Source of the DNA: Podarcis melisellensis
Taxonomy: Eukaryota
Length of the DNA: 64,000 bases
Reading direction: 5' to 3' (one strand)
NCBI GenBank assembly: GCA_964234715.1
Contig: OZ174284.1
Below the pieces are notes generated by a model that searched no databases, was not told where the DNA came from, and saw only the letters and a program-made list of their open reading frames with translations. Below, in pieces: positions 36,881 to 49,921 of this stretch. Positions within the stretch are counted from its first letter, which is position 1, and each line of letters begins with the position of its first letter. The position numbers and the translations under genes were made by a program.

Positions 36881-38261
36881 TATATGAGAGAAATAATTTA
36901 TGTTGATTCCCCTTTTTTATCTGGTTGAGTTTCTTAAACTCTCAGAATGTGAGACATTATTCCCAGCAGACATTTATTGTACTATGTCATTACTCACTTG
37001 CAAATTAATACACACGCACAGAACACACATCCCAAAACAAAAAAACAAAACCAGGCTACCCCACTGGTTTCAGAGGCTTGGGGGCTGGTGTTCATTTAGG
37101 AAGCTTTACTATTCAGTTCTGCAGATTCAGCAGTCCCGGTGGTTAATCCTGGTTATAACCTTGAGCTGTAAGGAGTGAGGGCATTTAGTAATTACGCTTC
37201 CCAACTGTGGATGTTACTGCCTAATACATTTAGAATTGCTCATTCAGTTCGTTCCCTTTAAAACTGAAGTGAGGAAATAGATTTGCTGCTTCTTCTAGGT
37301 GTCCTTGACAAGGGTGAGGGATGACTATTGATAAGTTTAATTGACCTAATTAAAAAAAAAATTCTGATGACTCTGTTGCTGCTAGAAAGAAACAATTTAT
37401 TACTTGTTAGCGAAATGTCATCTATCGGTGCAACCATACCTTCTAGAAAGTGCTTAATGAGAGGTGGGGGGAAGAATGAGAGAGAAGCAGAAGATGGAAA
37501 GTGCTGCTTGGATGGAGGTTGGCTTCTTGCGGTCACTGTGGAAATGAGGAAAGTGTGTTCCTGCATATCGGAAGACACATCTGTAATGATACTTGAAGAC
37601 AACATAAACCATGAAGGATATTTGAGCTAGATTATTTTGGTAAAATAGGTAGAGCAATGCCTGAACATGAGGTGTTAACAAAGACAACCCATGATCTGAA
37701 CCTTGTGAATATGACTCAGAGTTGGAATCCTCTTTTGCCCAAAGTCCACATGTGCAAATTTCCATTTACATCTGAACTGCAGTGTTGTTTTATTTCAAGA
37801 CTTTATTATAAACAGCTGTGATCACATACTGATTATAAAAAAACACCGTGTGATATTCAAATGATTGCACATTGACACAGAAATCTTAATTTTAGCAGTC
37901 AGAGCTTCAGATGCTCAAGAGCAATTGCAAGATCACGAATCAGTTCAGAGTACATAAACCTACGTCCACATTGTTTTCTTTGTGATAGACAAGGCACTTA
38001 CCTTGTTTGTGGATATCAGTCTCTGCAAGTAAAAAAAAATACACCTTTAAATAGTAGTTTGAGAGAGAATGTACATTCAAATACTTGCTGAAAACACCAA
38101 TATAAATGCACATGTCTGCTTGTGTGTGTAAGTGCATATTAATGCAAAATGAAATGAATTGTCCATCGCTATTCAGTCTGTAAAACCAGAAATATTTCAT
38201 TAGCGTCAAGAGAAAACTAAAGGCTTTCATAGGAAAATGTATCCATCCATTGATGTCTTAC

Positions 38262-38360
38262 AGTATTTTAATATATATTTTTGGAAGCCGCCCAGAGTGG
38301 CTGGGGAAGCCCAGCCAGATGGGCGGGGTATAAATAATAATAATAATAATAATAATAATT
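38262..38360 (+). mobile_element. L2-type 3' end with (TAA)n tail
   Basis: GGAAGCCGCCCAGAGTGGCTGGGG...GGGCGGGGTATAAATAATAAT. Confidence 0.7.
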
Positions 38361-38560
38361 ATCATCACTTAATAATTACCCACCAGTGTTCATTTTCGAT
38401 CATCAGATTGGAATCCTTGGCTCAACATTAAAAGTTGAGAGTGAGGGACTGAAGCTGGCCCAGCCTTAGCCTAGTATCAGAAAAAGAAGCCACCTGCTCT
38501 AGGAGAAGGTGGGTAGCTCCAATGGTCCCAACTCCCCACCTTGAAATTTCTGGCATCTCA

Positions 38561-38658
38561 GGTAGCACAGTAGGTCAGAGTGGCTGGCTGTTAACCAGAA
38601 GGTTGGTGGTTCAAGCCTACCCAGGGATAGCTTCCAACTTACAATTCTGTGATTCTGT
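38561..38658 (+). pseudogene. tRNA-Asn(GTT)-derived sequence fused to a CR1-like tail (short SINE)
   Basis: GGCTGTTAACCAGAAGGTTGGTGGTTCAAGCCTACCCAGGGA resembles the vertebrate tRNA-Asn anticodon and T arms; followed by CTTCCAAC...ATTCTGTGATTCT. Confidence 0.7.
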
Positions 38659-39636
38659 ACACATCAGAAATATATGCTGAGATTCCCTTGCTTTTGGCTC
38701 TCCCACTAAACACCAAATCCCACTAAACTCTGTCCAGCAGCAATGTGGAAAGAAAGAATGTGACCAAAAAGCTGTTTGATCATGCCACTGTTTTGTTTTT
38801 TTGACCCTACAACTTCTTTGAAAATCAACAGTGTCTAGTCTTTTGCTCCCAGTATGTTATCATTTGGACGATATCAGTTTTGCTCAAATTAAAAGTGTGA
38901 GGACTTTGCTTCAGGACTCTTAACAAGGGCAGTAGAAGAGGTCACTTCCTTAATATGAAGTGTGATATATGCAATGTATATGGTTTTTTGGAGGAGGAAA
39001 AGGTGTGAGGTCTAAAATATATTTTAAAAATCGCAATAGCAAAAATGTGACTATCTCCTTATTTGTCCATAAAAATAAAACAGTTTCTAAAGACTATTCT
39101 ATTTTAGTCATCTGTGAAATTGTTCAGTGACAGTTCATTATCACATAAAACCTACCTTTTAATCCTTCCTTCCTTCTTGTTAAAATGCATTATAATAGCG
39201 ATTTCTGCTCCTTTATGTGTGCCAGTGTTCCCAATTAAAATTGTACCACTTAAAACAGTTATCCAGACATTGTGGAGATGGGCTTATATCCCCTAGTCAC
39301 TGTGGCTACAGGTTATACTTGGAAAGCATATATCAGTAGGTGGTTACCAAATTTTATTTCCAACTGCAATATTTAGTACTGTTATTGAATGCTGCTGCTG
39401 TGAATGATTCCATTATCTTCCAGATCCAAGAGGCTATGACATGATTGAAAAGATTTGATACATCAGGTGAACATCATGTGCAGCCCTTTGGATCCTTCTC
39501 TGTGTTTGTTTTCTTTAATATTCCTTATTGCTTCATGTTTTCCATAGTAGATAATACCCATGATAATAGATTTTTGTTACTGAGTTATGGCTACTTTTGG
39601 TGAAGCCAAGGCTATTATTTAAAAGATGCTACCCTC

Positions 39637-39975
39637 CGCGGGTGGCACTGTGGGTTAAACCATAGAGCCTAGGGTTTGCCGATCAGAAGGTCGGTGGTTT
39701 GAATCCGTGCGACGGGGTGTCACCCCATTGCTCAGTCCCTGCTCCTGCCAACCTAGCAGTTCGAAAGTGCAAGTAGATAAATAGGTACTGCTCTGGCGGG
39801 AAGGTAAACAGCATTTCCGTACACTGCTCTGGTTCGCCAGAAGCGGCTTAGTCATGCTGGCCACATGACCTGGAAGATGTACGCCGGCTCCCTCGGCCAA
39901 TAAAGTGAGATGAGTGCCGCAACCCCAGAGTCGGTCATGACTGGACCCAATGGTCAGGGGTCTCTTTCCTTTACC
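39637..39975 (+). mobile_element. Sauria SINE
   Basis: CGCGGGTGGCACTGTGGGTTAAACC head through GACTGGACCCAATGGTCAGGGG tail. Confidence 0.92.
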
Positions 39976-42900
39976 CTCCTTTTACAAATGGACCTTGTCT
40001 ATTGAGAATGTTAGCCTGTATGTGGAAAAACAACATTTTTGAGGAGAAATTAAGAATGCTGCTCTGTTAGAAGAACCACAGCTTTGTGGACATTCCCCCC
40101 CTCACCAATTTGTGTTAGGTTTAATGGCTTTTGTATTAGTTAACCTACCATGACTGAAAAAAGTGGAAAGAAAAAACATTATCTTAATTTGGGTTGGAAA
40201 TGACATTTCTTCTGCTCACAGGCTTGCCTTTCATTCAAGAACTAGTCTTATAACCTTTGGGCATTTGTTATAAGAGGTTTGTGTTATGTTCCCCGAGAAA
40301 AAAAATCCTATTTTGGTGGTATGAATTTGATTTCACCAGTGAAAGAATGAGAAGAGTATATCTGATTTCCAGACTAGTCTTAAAAGAGCAAGGAGACCTG
40401 TCATTTTTTAAAACCACCTAAAGGAAGGGTTCACTGAAGGTTTTCAATTTGAGATAGGAAATCTAGATTAAAAGAGCAGCTTTGGAGCATTGCTCTCACA
40501 AAGGATTATAATTTGAGAGGAGCAATGGTTTTCATGCTTCATTGTTCTGAGCAGTAATGACTCATCTGAAAGCCTGGATGGTGCACAGCCCCCCCACTCC
40601 ATACAACCTTTGGAGGCGAAGCAGAGAAAAATATTGGCAGCAGCTGCTGCAGGAACATATGTCTTTCTGCCCATTTGCTGTGCAGGCATCCTGTGTTTCA
40701 TTGTTATTTCGTTTACTTCCTTGCTCCATTTTTGGTTCTTATTAAAATCTGTTGCTACAGTCCAAAGGTCTGCAGAAATCCAGTGAACTAATGGAGAACC
40801 ATGAAAGAAGGGATTCTCTTCCTTATCAGAAAATGATTCATACACTCCTCACCATGAGATGGGCAGAGTACTGAAGAGAAGAAAGCAGGCCTTGTTTGTG
40901 TGGAGCTCCATATACATAGTAGAGCACCTCCAGGCACAATGCATGCCTTGGGTTTTCCATGAGAATGCATATCTATTTCACCAGGAAAGCTGTGAGACTG
41001 CTGTGTGCATTCCTCAAGCAAATGCAGTCAGAAAAATTCACACACACACAAAGCAGAATCTTTGTAAGTTTGAAATGAAAAGAAAGTATGAGGAAATAGT
41101 CACAGGGCCACTTACCATATTATGTTTTCTTTAAAGGTGTAAATTCAGAAGCAAAGAAAGGCATATGGAGTTTGATGATTGTATGATGAGACATATGGCT
41201 ACTCAATACCTGATGTTTGCATCATACAGGCAGCCGCTATGCTAATGTGCATTTTCTTAATTGCTCATATACTGCACACATACTCATACTACTAGGGAAA
41301 GCTTTATATGAATAAGAAGTGATTTATCACTTTTGGCTGACCATGGTAGCCAAGCCAAAATGTGTGGTTGTCTACCCCTTTGTCATCACCAAGGTCAGTC
41401 AAAATCCCTTCCTCCTACTCCTCTGGTGATGAGCCAGCACTAACGCTGGAAAAATAAGCTGGGGCTTGCTTTGGTGCTAGGCAGCCAAACTGCTCAGCCC
41501 ACCTTAACAACCCAACACCAACTAGATGGGCAGGGACTTTCTCCATAGTTGGACTTTGCTTCTGGGCAAAGGCCAATTTTGGAACTGATTCTGCCCCCGC
41601 TTCAGTTCCAGAGTACCTTGCAAGGCTAGGGGTCTTCTTGCCTCTGTCACCTGATGACGATGAAGCGCTTGCTATTGCGAGTAAGAAAGAACATCAGTAC
41701 GTTAAGAAACAGCTGCAAAGGACAGAAGACACACTGCTTATTTACCTTCGGTGGTGAAATAGTTCTACTAGACCTGCTACTAATGCTTTTAAAAGTCAAG
41801 TAAAAAAAATGAAGCGCCAGTACTCCTATCTTGATAAAGGCGCTGTGGGTGCCAACGCACAACAGCTGCCAATAGCAGCAAAAAAAAGTGGAGGAAGAGG
41901 TGACTATACTCCATACTGATGAGTGCAATCACAAAAATAGTGTTGCGTATCAGTAATGAAATCCGACCATGCAGGATAGATTCAGGTGTTGCTAGGGTGA
42001 TTGTCCTGAGGCAGCCTAGGTGGACTTTGCATTCTGTATCAGCATTATCTGGTGGAAGGAAAGCATTATCATCATCACATACAAGCAGTGGCCATCAGTA
42101 AGGCAGGGAGCATGCAAGTGATGTGCTCATCATAGAACAATAACTGCATGAACAGAAATGCAGATCTCTCTAGAGACTGTGGCAGTCTCAGAGGAGTCAT
42201 CTATTTAGAATTTTTAAAAGACTAGTATGCCTTCTCCGTTTTTACAAAAGGGCTCACTATCTGATACACCTTTCCTGAGCTTCTGAGGATGGCCTAGCTT
42301 TTTGCTACTATTTTTTCAGTGATTTTGGCCTCTCCACCCCTTTCATTTTTTTAACTGAGAGGTGTTCAATTCTGAGCTGAATAGCTGCTTAAGGAACAGT
42401 TGCAGTCTCAGATTAAATGAATATGCATCCATGTGTTGCCATGGCAATGTGGTGTAGACAGCTCTTCAGTCCTGGAGGAACCTAGCAGGAACACGAACAT
42501 CCATTAATATGTGATATTAAAGACATGGTAAAGCTACAAGCCTTTAATGTTGCCTTAATCTTGGGTGCTGCTTCCAGGTGGTTTTCTGGCTAGATTATTA
42601 ACACGAAGATCAGGTTATTTTGCTGTATTTGGTTCCATCAAGATTCCACACCAAGTTGCCATGTGTCTCGTTCCATAAGAAAATTATACTACCAGAGGAG
42701 GCAGACTGTGCTGAAGTGCAGTTCAAAGGAGATAGAGGACAGGGGCAGGAACCTGGACAACTCCAAGGGACCAGCTAATTAGGCCCATAGCTAGGGGTGC
42801 TGCCCTCAAAAAACTCTCTCCCCTCCTTAAATGTTTTACAAACAATATTTAAATCAATAGGAAAGTCTTTGTCAAAAAGGTCATGCCTTTTCTTCTCTCC

Positions 42901-43472
42901 CAGAGGCCAAGCAAACCTCCAGGCACACTAGCTAAGCCAAAGACAAGCATGCATCTTAGATGTCTGCATATCTCATGCGTACCTGCACATTTCCCTAGCT
43001 AGCTTGTAGGAGTCTGTGTGTGTGCAGGCTAGGGAATCGTTTTCATTTTTAAAAAATTAAATCACAAGACACAAGATAGGGCCCACAGATTTCCTTTGGT
43101 CGGGACAACTCAGCTGCACATATTTACTCCTTTGCTAAAGTGCGTTGAAGAAGAAGAGGAGGAGGAAAGGCCTCTTGAAAAGGCCTCATTTTCCCAATCT
43201 GGGGAGGGGTGGTGGCTTGAAAAACTTGCTGGGAAGAAAAGAGAATTCTGGAGGCTTCTTTTGAAATGCATGGGGAATCCTTTATGGCCAGAATGGCTAT
43301 AATCCTATACACCCTGGGTTATATTCTGCTGACCTGTTCACACAACTTAATCCTTTGCCCCTCTGTTCAGAAAAGAACCATTTACGGAGTTGCTTACAAC
43401 AATCAGTAATAAGACAGTCGTGGTGTGGGTTTGCCTTTGAAGGATAAATTAGAAGTTATGTAAATACACATA

Positions 43473-43704
43473 CAGTGGTACCTCGGGTTACGAACTTAAT
43501 TCGTTCCGGAGGTCCGTTCTTAACACGAAACCGTTCTTAACCTGAGGCGCGCTTTCGCTAATGGGGCCTCTTGCTGCCGCCAGCATCAATTTCTATTCTC
43601 ATCCTGGGGCAAAATTCTCAACCCGAGGTACTACTTCCGGGTAAGCGGAGTTTGTAAACCAAAGCATTTGTAACCTGAGGTGTTTGTAACCCGAGGTACC
43701 GTTG
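43473..43704. mobile_element. Tc1/mariner-type MITE
   Basis: TIRs CAGTGGTACCTCGGGTTAC / GTAACCCGAGGTACCGTTG, TA TSD. Confidence 0.92.
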
Positions 43705-44504
43705 TACTTATTGGTGAAGTGGGAGAGGAGAGTAAGCACAGTTACAATTTTGTTGGTTGGAGGAGGTGAGAGAGAGAGTGTAAGCAAAGGGGAAGGACAG
43801 CACCAGGAAAGCAGTGGGGCAAATAAGAGATGAAGGAGAAGGGTGGAAATAGGGAGAATGTAGGATGGAGAGAAAAAGAACATGGAAATCATAAAACGTA
43901 TTATAAGGTGCAGCGTAGAAGGAACAAGGAGTGGAGCAAAAGGAAGCTGAGGAGGAAAAGCGGAGGGGTCAAGGAAGGCAGCCAGTGGATAGGTGGATGG
44001 ATAGATGCAAACAAAGAGGCGAAAAATAGAAGGAAAGATAGGAGGTGAATGCTGTGCTCTGGCAACCCCAGAAATAGTTCCCCTCTGACCTGGCCTACCA
44101 CTGCCCCAGGGGCTCTGCAGATAATAATTTTCATTATTATCAGTAGTATCATTAATATAGCCTTAATCAATTCATGTAAAGCATTAGCTTCCCCCCAACT
44201 TTTTTTGGGGGGGGAAACCTTTAGGCTGGCTACGAGTGTGCTGCTAAGATAGTGCAAGACGTTGTTGTCTGTGTAGGGAGCTGAAGCCAATGGAGGCAGT
44301 AAGTAGACCAAGAAAACACAGAGTATGTTGGTCTGCAAGCGCTTCTTCTTTTTGGCCACTTTTTGGCCATCAGTTTCGCCATCACCACATAGTCCAATAA
44401 TTTCAAAGTCCACTCCTCTCTCTCTGTCTCTCACAGCAGCAGCACTGGGTTTTCTGACAGGGAGGGTCCTGGATAGCGTATAATTTTTAATACCCCCACT
44501 CCTT

Positions 44505-44863
44505 AAGGTAAAGGTAAAGGGACCCCTGACCATCATTAGGTCCAGTCGTGGCCGACTCTGGGGTTGCGGCGCTCATCTTGCTTTATTGGCCGAGGGAGCC
44601 GGCGTATAGCTTCCGGGTTGTGTGGCCAGCATGACTAAGCCGCTTCTGGCGAACCAGAGCAGCGCACGGAAACGCCGTTTACCTTCCCACCAGAGCGGTA
44701 CCTATTTATCTACTTGCACTTTGACGTGCTTTCGAACTGCTAGGTTGGCAGGAGCAGGGACTGAGCAACGGGAGCTCACCCCATCGCGGGGATTCGAACC
44801 GCCAACCTTCTGATCGGCAAGCCCTAGGCTCTGTGGTTTAACCCACAGCGCCACCTGCATCCC
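44505..44863 (-). mobile_element. Sauria SINE, full length
   Basis: (AAAGGT)n tail at left, head at right, TSD-like CCCCACTCC on both sides. Confidence 0.95.
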
Positions 44864-46104
44864 CCCCACTCCGCTCACTCCTTACTGGACCCCACTGGGT
44901 TGCTGCTAACCTCTCATTGCCTTATTCCTCCATCAGTGTTTACAAATAGCGTTGTGAAGGGGGACGTTCCAATGAGATGGGTGCGCTGTCGCTGATGCTA
45001 TTCCTATGTTGGTAATAATGTCTTCAGCCAAAGGACTGGGCTTTAGGGAAGTGGAGAAAGGCAACATGTCTCTTTTTTGAGAGAAGAGAGTAAGAAGCAC
45101 GCAGCAATGCAACAAACAACCTAGAGAACCAGCTGGGAGAGTCAGACAGGAGGCAAGGTGATGGGAACAGCTCGGGCATCCTAATGAGAAATGTGTTCTT
45201 ATGAAAATAATTCTTGATCCCGTAGCAGTACTATATGCCGTAGGACACAGAAGGAGCCATAGTATTGTTGGCAGGGCAGAAATCAAATGAATGCCTTCCC
45301 CTCTTTCTGTTCTACTGTTGCTGTCTCCTGTCCCACTGCTAGAATTTGACAGGGATGTTGGGGAAAGGCTTTTAGGTAGACAAAGGAAGCATGGAGTCGA
45401 TCTCTTCTAGTCTTGTTGGCAATTAAAGAGTGGTGGGGATTTCTGTGCACAGTTCATATCAACTTTGGGTGCTTGTTAAGTACAACAAGTACTTCCACAC
45501 AGTTAACCTATCTGTGACTTACTTTGCAATATGCAACTGCTCTGGGACGTATTTCACATCACATATTCAAAGCAGATGTGACAAATGCAGGACAAAACGG
45601 TACAATGTTCACTTTAAAGATATTCATCACCCATTTACCCTTCTGCCATTTTGCTGAATGTTTGTCATGCATACACATTAGGGAATTGGTTTGATTTGTG
45701 ATTTATTTTCGTCATGTAGAAATGCAGGCACCTTTTAAAAATAAATAAATAAACATTATAAGGAGACAGCAACATGTATAGCAAAGATGAACTACATTTT
45801 ACATATATTTCAAAATCTTGGTATCAAATCTAACGTGGGTGCTTCAAGGGAAATGACAATGCCAGATGATCTTTTTTGAAAAGTCCTCAAAGTTTTAGCT
45901 GGCAGATTTTATGCCTCATATTCGGATTGCTCCTTCCTTCGTTATGTAGATTTTTTTTATCCTTCCCTCATTATCACATCTAAAAGTACATTAAGTGTTG
46001 TGAAACATGTTACACATGGTGCATTCTTTTCCTGTGGTATTCATCTTGAGTACAGAAAGCGGACAACCAATGTAAAAATTTTTTTTTCATTAATTGCATG
46101 AAGT

Positions 46105-46458
46105 GGTAAAAAGGTAAAGGGACCCCTGACCATTTGCTCCAGTTGTGGCTGACTCTGGGGTTGCAGTGCTCATCTCGCTTTATTGGCCAAGGGAGCCAGT
46201 GTACAGCTTCCAGGTCATGTGGCCAGCATGACTAAGCCACTTCTGGCGAACCAGAGCAGCACACGAAAATGCCGTTTACCTTCCCACCGGAGTGGTACCT
46301 ATTTATCTACTTGCACTTTGATGTGCTTTCGAACTGCTAGGTTGGCAGGAGCCGGGACCGAGCAACGGGAGCTCACCCCTTTGCGGGATTCGAACTGCCG
46401 ACCTTCTGATCGGCAAGCCCTAGCTCTGTGGTTTAACCCACAGCGCCACCCACGTCCT
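46105..46458 (-). mobile_element. Sauria SINE
   Basis: Same consensus as the 44505 copy. Confidence 0.93.
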
Positions 46459-46947
46459 TCGTGCATCAAGTGGTACTTTCCAGTAAATGCTATATGAACC
46501 TGACAGATCTTTCTTCAAAAGAGGCCCATCATTTTTATATTTTGGAAGGCTTACAAGTGAGGCGCTATTCTTTGATTTCAATTTGATTAAGTACGTATCA
46601 GGTAAAAAAAAAATCCAATTATGCCTAAACACAGTGCACAGTGCATTCAAAAATAGTCAAAAGGGATGCTAAATCCAACTTACTGTACTGAGACATGTTC
46701 AAAGCAAGGGATTACCTGACATAGGCTTCAAATGTGTCGTGCCATTTGCTTCTTTCCTTTAAAACAATAATTTGGTTTCAAAGTCAAAATAGTACTCCAG
46801 GCTAGCTTCAGAGAAGTGTGATACGTTTGATTCACTAACTGCAGGTTTGTAAGCTTGACAGCAGCAAACATGCATGAAATAAAAACTTTTTTGTTCTTCC
46901 AAACCTTATAGAATCTAAGATCTGCAAAGGGGGAGCCTAGGGAGCTA

Positions 46948-47524
46948 TTGTGGAGGCTGGTCCATTAGGACAAATAGGACCTGCCCCACTGGCGGAGGAA
47001 GGCGAGTGCGGGGCGCACTGGGTGTCGGCTGTCAGGGCGGGTGACATTGCCGTGCCACACACACACACACACCGTGCTCACTGCATGGACGGTGCCCCAG
47101 ACACTCACCTTGCGGGTGGCAGGCCACTAGTGATGCTGCTGCCGTGGCCAGCTAGCGCCCCCCCCCCCGACGCTTGTTGCGCGGGCAGCAGGCGGCTAGG
47201 GATGCTCCCCACACAGACGGCTAGCAGTGCCCCCCACGCTCGCCACATGGGCGCGAGTGGCTAAGGACACTTGCTGTGTGGGCGGCTAGCTCTGCCCCCA
47301 CACCATGTGCCAGGGCAGGTAGCTCCGCCCCTGCCCTGCCCCACCAACTGCAATTTTGAATCATCTTCCATAATCTCAGTTTTGCCCATATGTAACTCAG
47401 CAGGGAGAAGGATGGAGGCAAAAGTTGAATTCAGCTGGCTCCACCTGTAATTCTCTCTGGCTCTACCTCCTGTTGGGCTCCCTGCCTTCTGCCTTACCGG
47501 TCCAACAGGTACCAGGCACCACTG
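46948..47524. mobile_element. GC-rich non-autonomous DNA transposon, decayed
   Basis: GC/CpG-rich block with degenerate inverted ends GTGGAGGCTGGT / ACCAGGCACCAC. Confidence 0.45.
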
Positions 47525-47534
47525 GTGTATAGTG

Positions 47535-48208
47535 CAGACCCTCCAAGTGTCCCTATTTTCCAGGGTTGTCCCTGATTTAGAGAAGCCATCCTGGTGTCTG
47601 ATTTGATCCCAGAATGTCCTGCTTTTCCTTAGGCTGTCCCTATTTTCATCGGAGAAAGGTTGGCAGGTATGGAGTTATCCGACCCAGAAGCTGATTGAAG
47701 GCAATCCTGTATTGGTTGTTGTTGTTGTTGTTTAGTCGTTTAGTCTGACTCTTTGTGACCCCATGGACCAGAGCACGCCAGGCACTCCTGTCTTCCACTG
47801 CCTCCCGCAGTTTGGTCAAACTCATGCTGGTAGCTTCGAAAACACTATCCAACCATCTCGTCCTCTGTCGTCCCCTTCTCCCCCTGTGCCCTCCATCTTT
47901 CCCAACATCAGGGTCTTTTCCAGGGAGTCTTCTCTTCTCATGAGGTGGCCAAAGTATTGGAGCCTCAGCTTCAGGATCTGTCCTTCCAGTGAGCACTCAG
48001 GGCTGATTTCCTTAAGAATGGATAGGTTTGATCTTCTTGTAGGGAAGGGTTTTTTTAAATGTTTAATGTTTTATTATTATTTTTATATATGGTGGAAGGT
48101 GCCCAGAGTGGCTGGGGCAACTGAGTAAGATGTGTGGGGTATGAATAGTAAAATTATCATTATGGAAGGGGTGTCCCTATTTTCATTGGAGAAATGTTGG
48201 AGGGTATG
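47535..48208. mobile_element. MITE with nested BovB fragment and L2-like tail
   Basis: Ends CAGACCCTCCAA / TTGGAGGGTATG and repeated GTCCCTATTTTC subterminal motif. Confidence 0.6.
47715..48039 (-). mobile_element. RTE/BovB 3' fragment
   Basis: (GTT)n tail; encodes RGRQRTRWLDSVFEATSMSLTKLREAVEDRSAWRALVHGVTKS. Confidence 0.93.
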
Positions 48209-49120
48209 ATGGTTCTGGCTGGTGTTTTAGAACAATAGTACATAGGAAACTGTATTGCATTAAGTAAGACAATTGGTCCATCTAGTTCAGTGTTATGCGT
48301 GTAGACTGACTGGCATCATGTACTCGACCACTGGGCTATGCTAGATGTGATCTAATCACTGTCCACACATAAGTCAAGAAATGGGTAAATATCACCACTT
48401 CTATTACTATGGGAAACCTTAGTGTAACTATTCTAGAGCATTGCTGTTCTAGAAGGAAGATGTTGTGCTCTGACAGAGGAGATGGGGAAATGGAGAGTCT
48501 GTCTGTAACACAGCATTAGGACTATACTCGGTAATACACTTATTATGCTTTGTTTTATGTTTTTATCTTTACGTTCTGTAAAATGTGTTCTTAATGTTGT
48601 ACACTGCCCTGGGATCTTTTGGTAAAGGGCAGTACATACATTGTAGTAATAATAATTGTAATAATACTGCTGGCTGCGTCTCTGCTTCCCATGTGCGGCC
48701 CCCAGCCCAGTTTTCTAGAGCCAAAACCATTCCAAGGCACTGACGGCTGCATATGCATTGTAGTGAACACTAGAGAGCCATTGTTTCATTCTTTGGACTT
48801 GATCTGTAGATCACTTGCCAAATCATTTGGCTGCCACGACGAAATAGGTATGGTAAAGTGCAAAATGGTCAGTAATTTCTCCTTCTAAAATGTGCTGAAT
48901 GTGTGGAACTTTGGGATATCGAGTCACAAGGATCCTGTTACTGCTTTGCAGCTGATTTATTCTGGTTTGGGGATATCTGGGGGAAGGGGATATTTCAGTT
49001 GCTTTTTAAGTATTACAGCCACACCAAGGAGCCATTTTCCACCCATTCACCCAAAGCTACTAACATACAAAAGGCACACAGTCATGTGGCTGAAGCATCT
49101 GGGATGTGGCTGAAGCATCT

Positions 49121-49921
49121 GGGACGCGGGTAGCGCTGTGGGTTAAACCACAGAGCCTAGGACTTGCCGATCAGAAGGTCGGCAGTTCTAATCCCCGCGA
49201 CGGGGTGAGCTCCCGTTGCTCGGTCCCTGCTCCTGCCAACCTAGCAGTTCGAAAGCACATCAAAGTGCAAGTAGATCAATAGGTACCATTCCAGCAGGAA
49301 GGTAAACGGCATTTCAGTGCGCTGCTCTGGTTCGCCAGAAGCGGCTTTGTCATGCTGGCCACATGACCCGGAAGCTGAACGCCGGCTCCCTTGGCCAATA
49401 AAGCGAGATGAGCGCCGCAACCCCAGAGTCGGTCATGACTGGACCTAATGGTCAGGGGTCCCTTTGTTGTTGTTTAGTCGTTTAGTCGTGTCCGACTCTT
49501 CGTGACCCCATGGACCAGAGCACGCCAGGCACTCCTGTCTTCCACTGCCTCCCGCAGTTTGGTCAAACTCATGCTGGTAGCTTCGCGAACACTGTCCCAC
49601 CATCTCGTCCTCTGTCGTCCCCTTCTCCTTGCGCCCTCCATCTTTCCCAACATCAGGGTCTTTTCCAGGGAGTCTTCTCTTCTCATGAGGTGGCCAAAGT
49701 ATTGGAGCCTCAGCTTCACAATCTGTCCTTCCAGTGAGCACTCAGGGTTGATTTCCTTCAGTATGGAGAGGTTTGATCTTCTTGCAGTCCATGGGACTCT
49801 CAAGAGTCTCCTCCAGCACCATAATTCAAAAGCATCAATTCTTCGGCGATCAGCCTTCTTTATGGTCCAGCTCTCACTTCCATACATCACTACTGGGAAA
49901 GGGGGTCCCTTTACCTTTACC
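49121..49921 (+). mobile_element. Sauria SINE interrupted in its tail by a BovB insertion
   Basis: Head at 49121, body to ~49465, tail resumes GGGGTCCCTTTACCTTTACC at 49902. Confidence 0.92.
49466..49900 (-). mobile_element. RTE/BovB 3' fragment
   Basis: ORF 49474..49890 MMYGSESWTIKKADRRRIDAFELWCWRRLL...TKSRTRLND; flanked by GGGGTCCCTTT duplication. Confidence 0.95.

Noticed and set aside
37258-37765. Overlapping 100-115 aa ORFs
   Set aside because: Non-ATG or weak starts, no recognisable domain, no clear splice sites
41651-41700. CTGATGA...GAAA as a hammerhead
   Set aside because: Stem II does not abut the core and stems I and III cannot be formed
43901-44536. 211-aa minus-strand ORF
   Set aside because: Starts inside a Sauria SINE and runs through low-complexity pyrimidine-rich sequence; no domain
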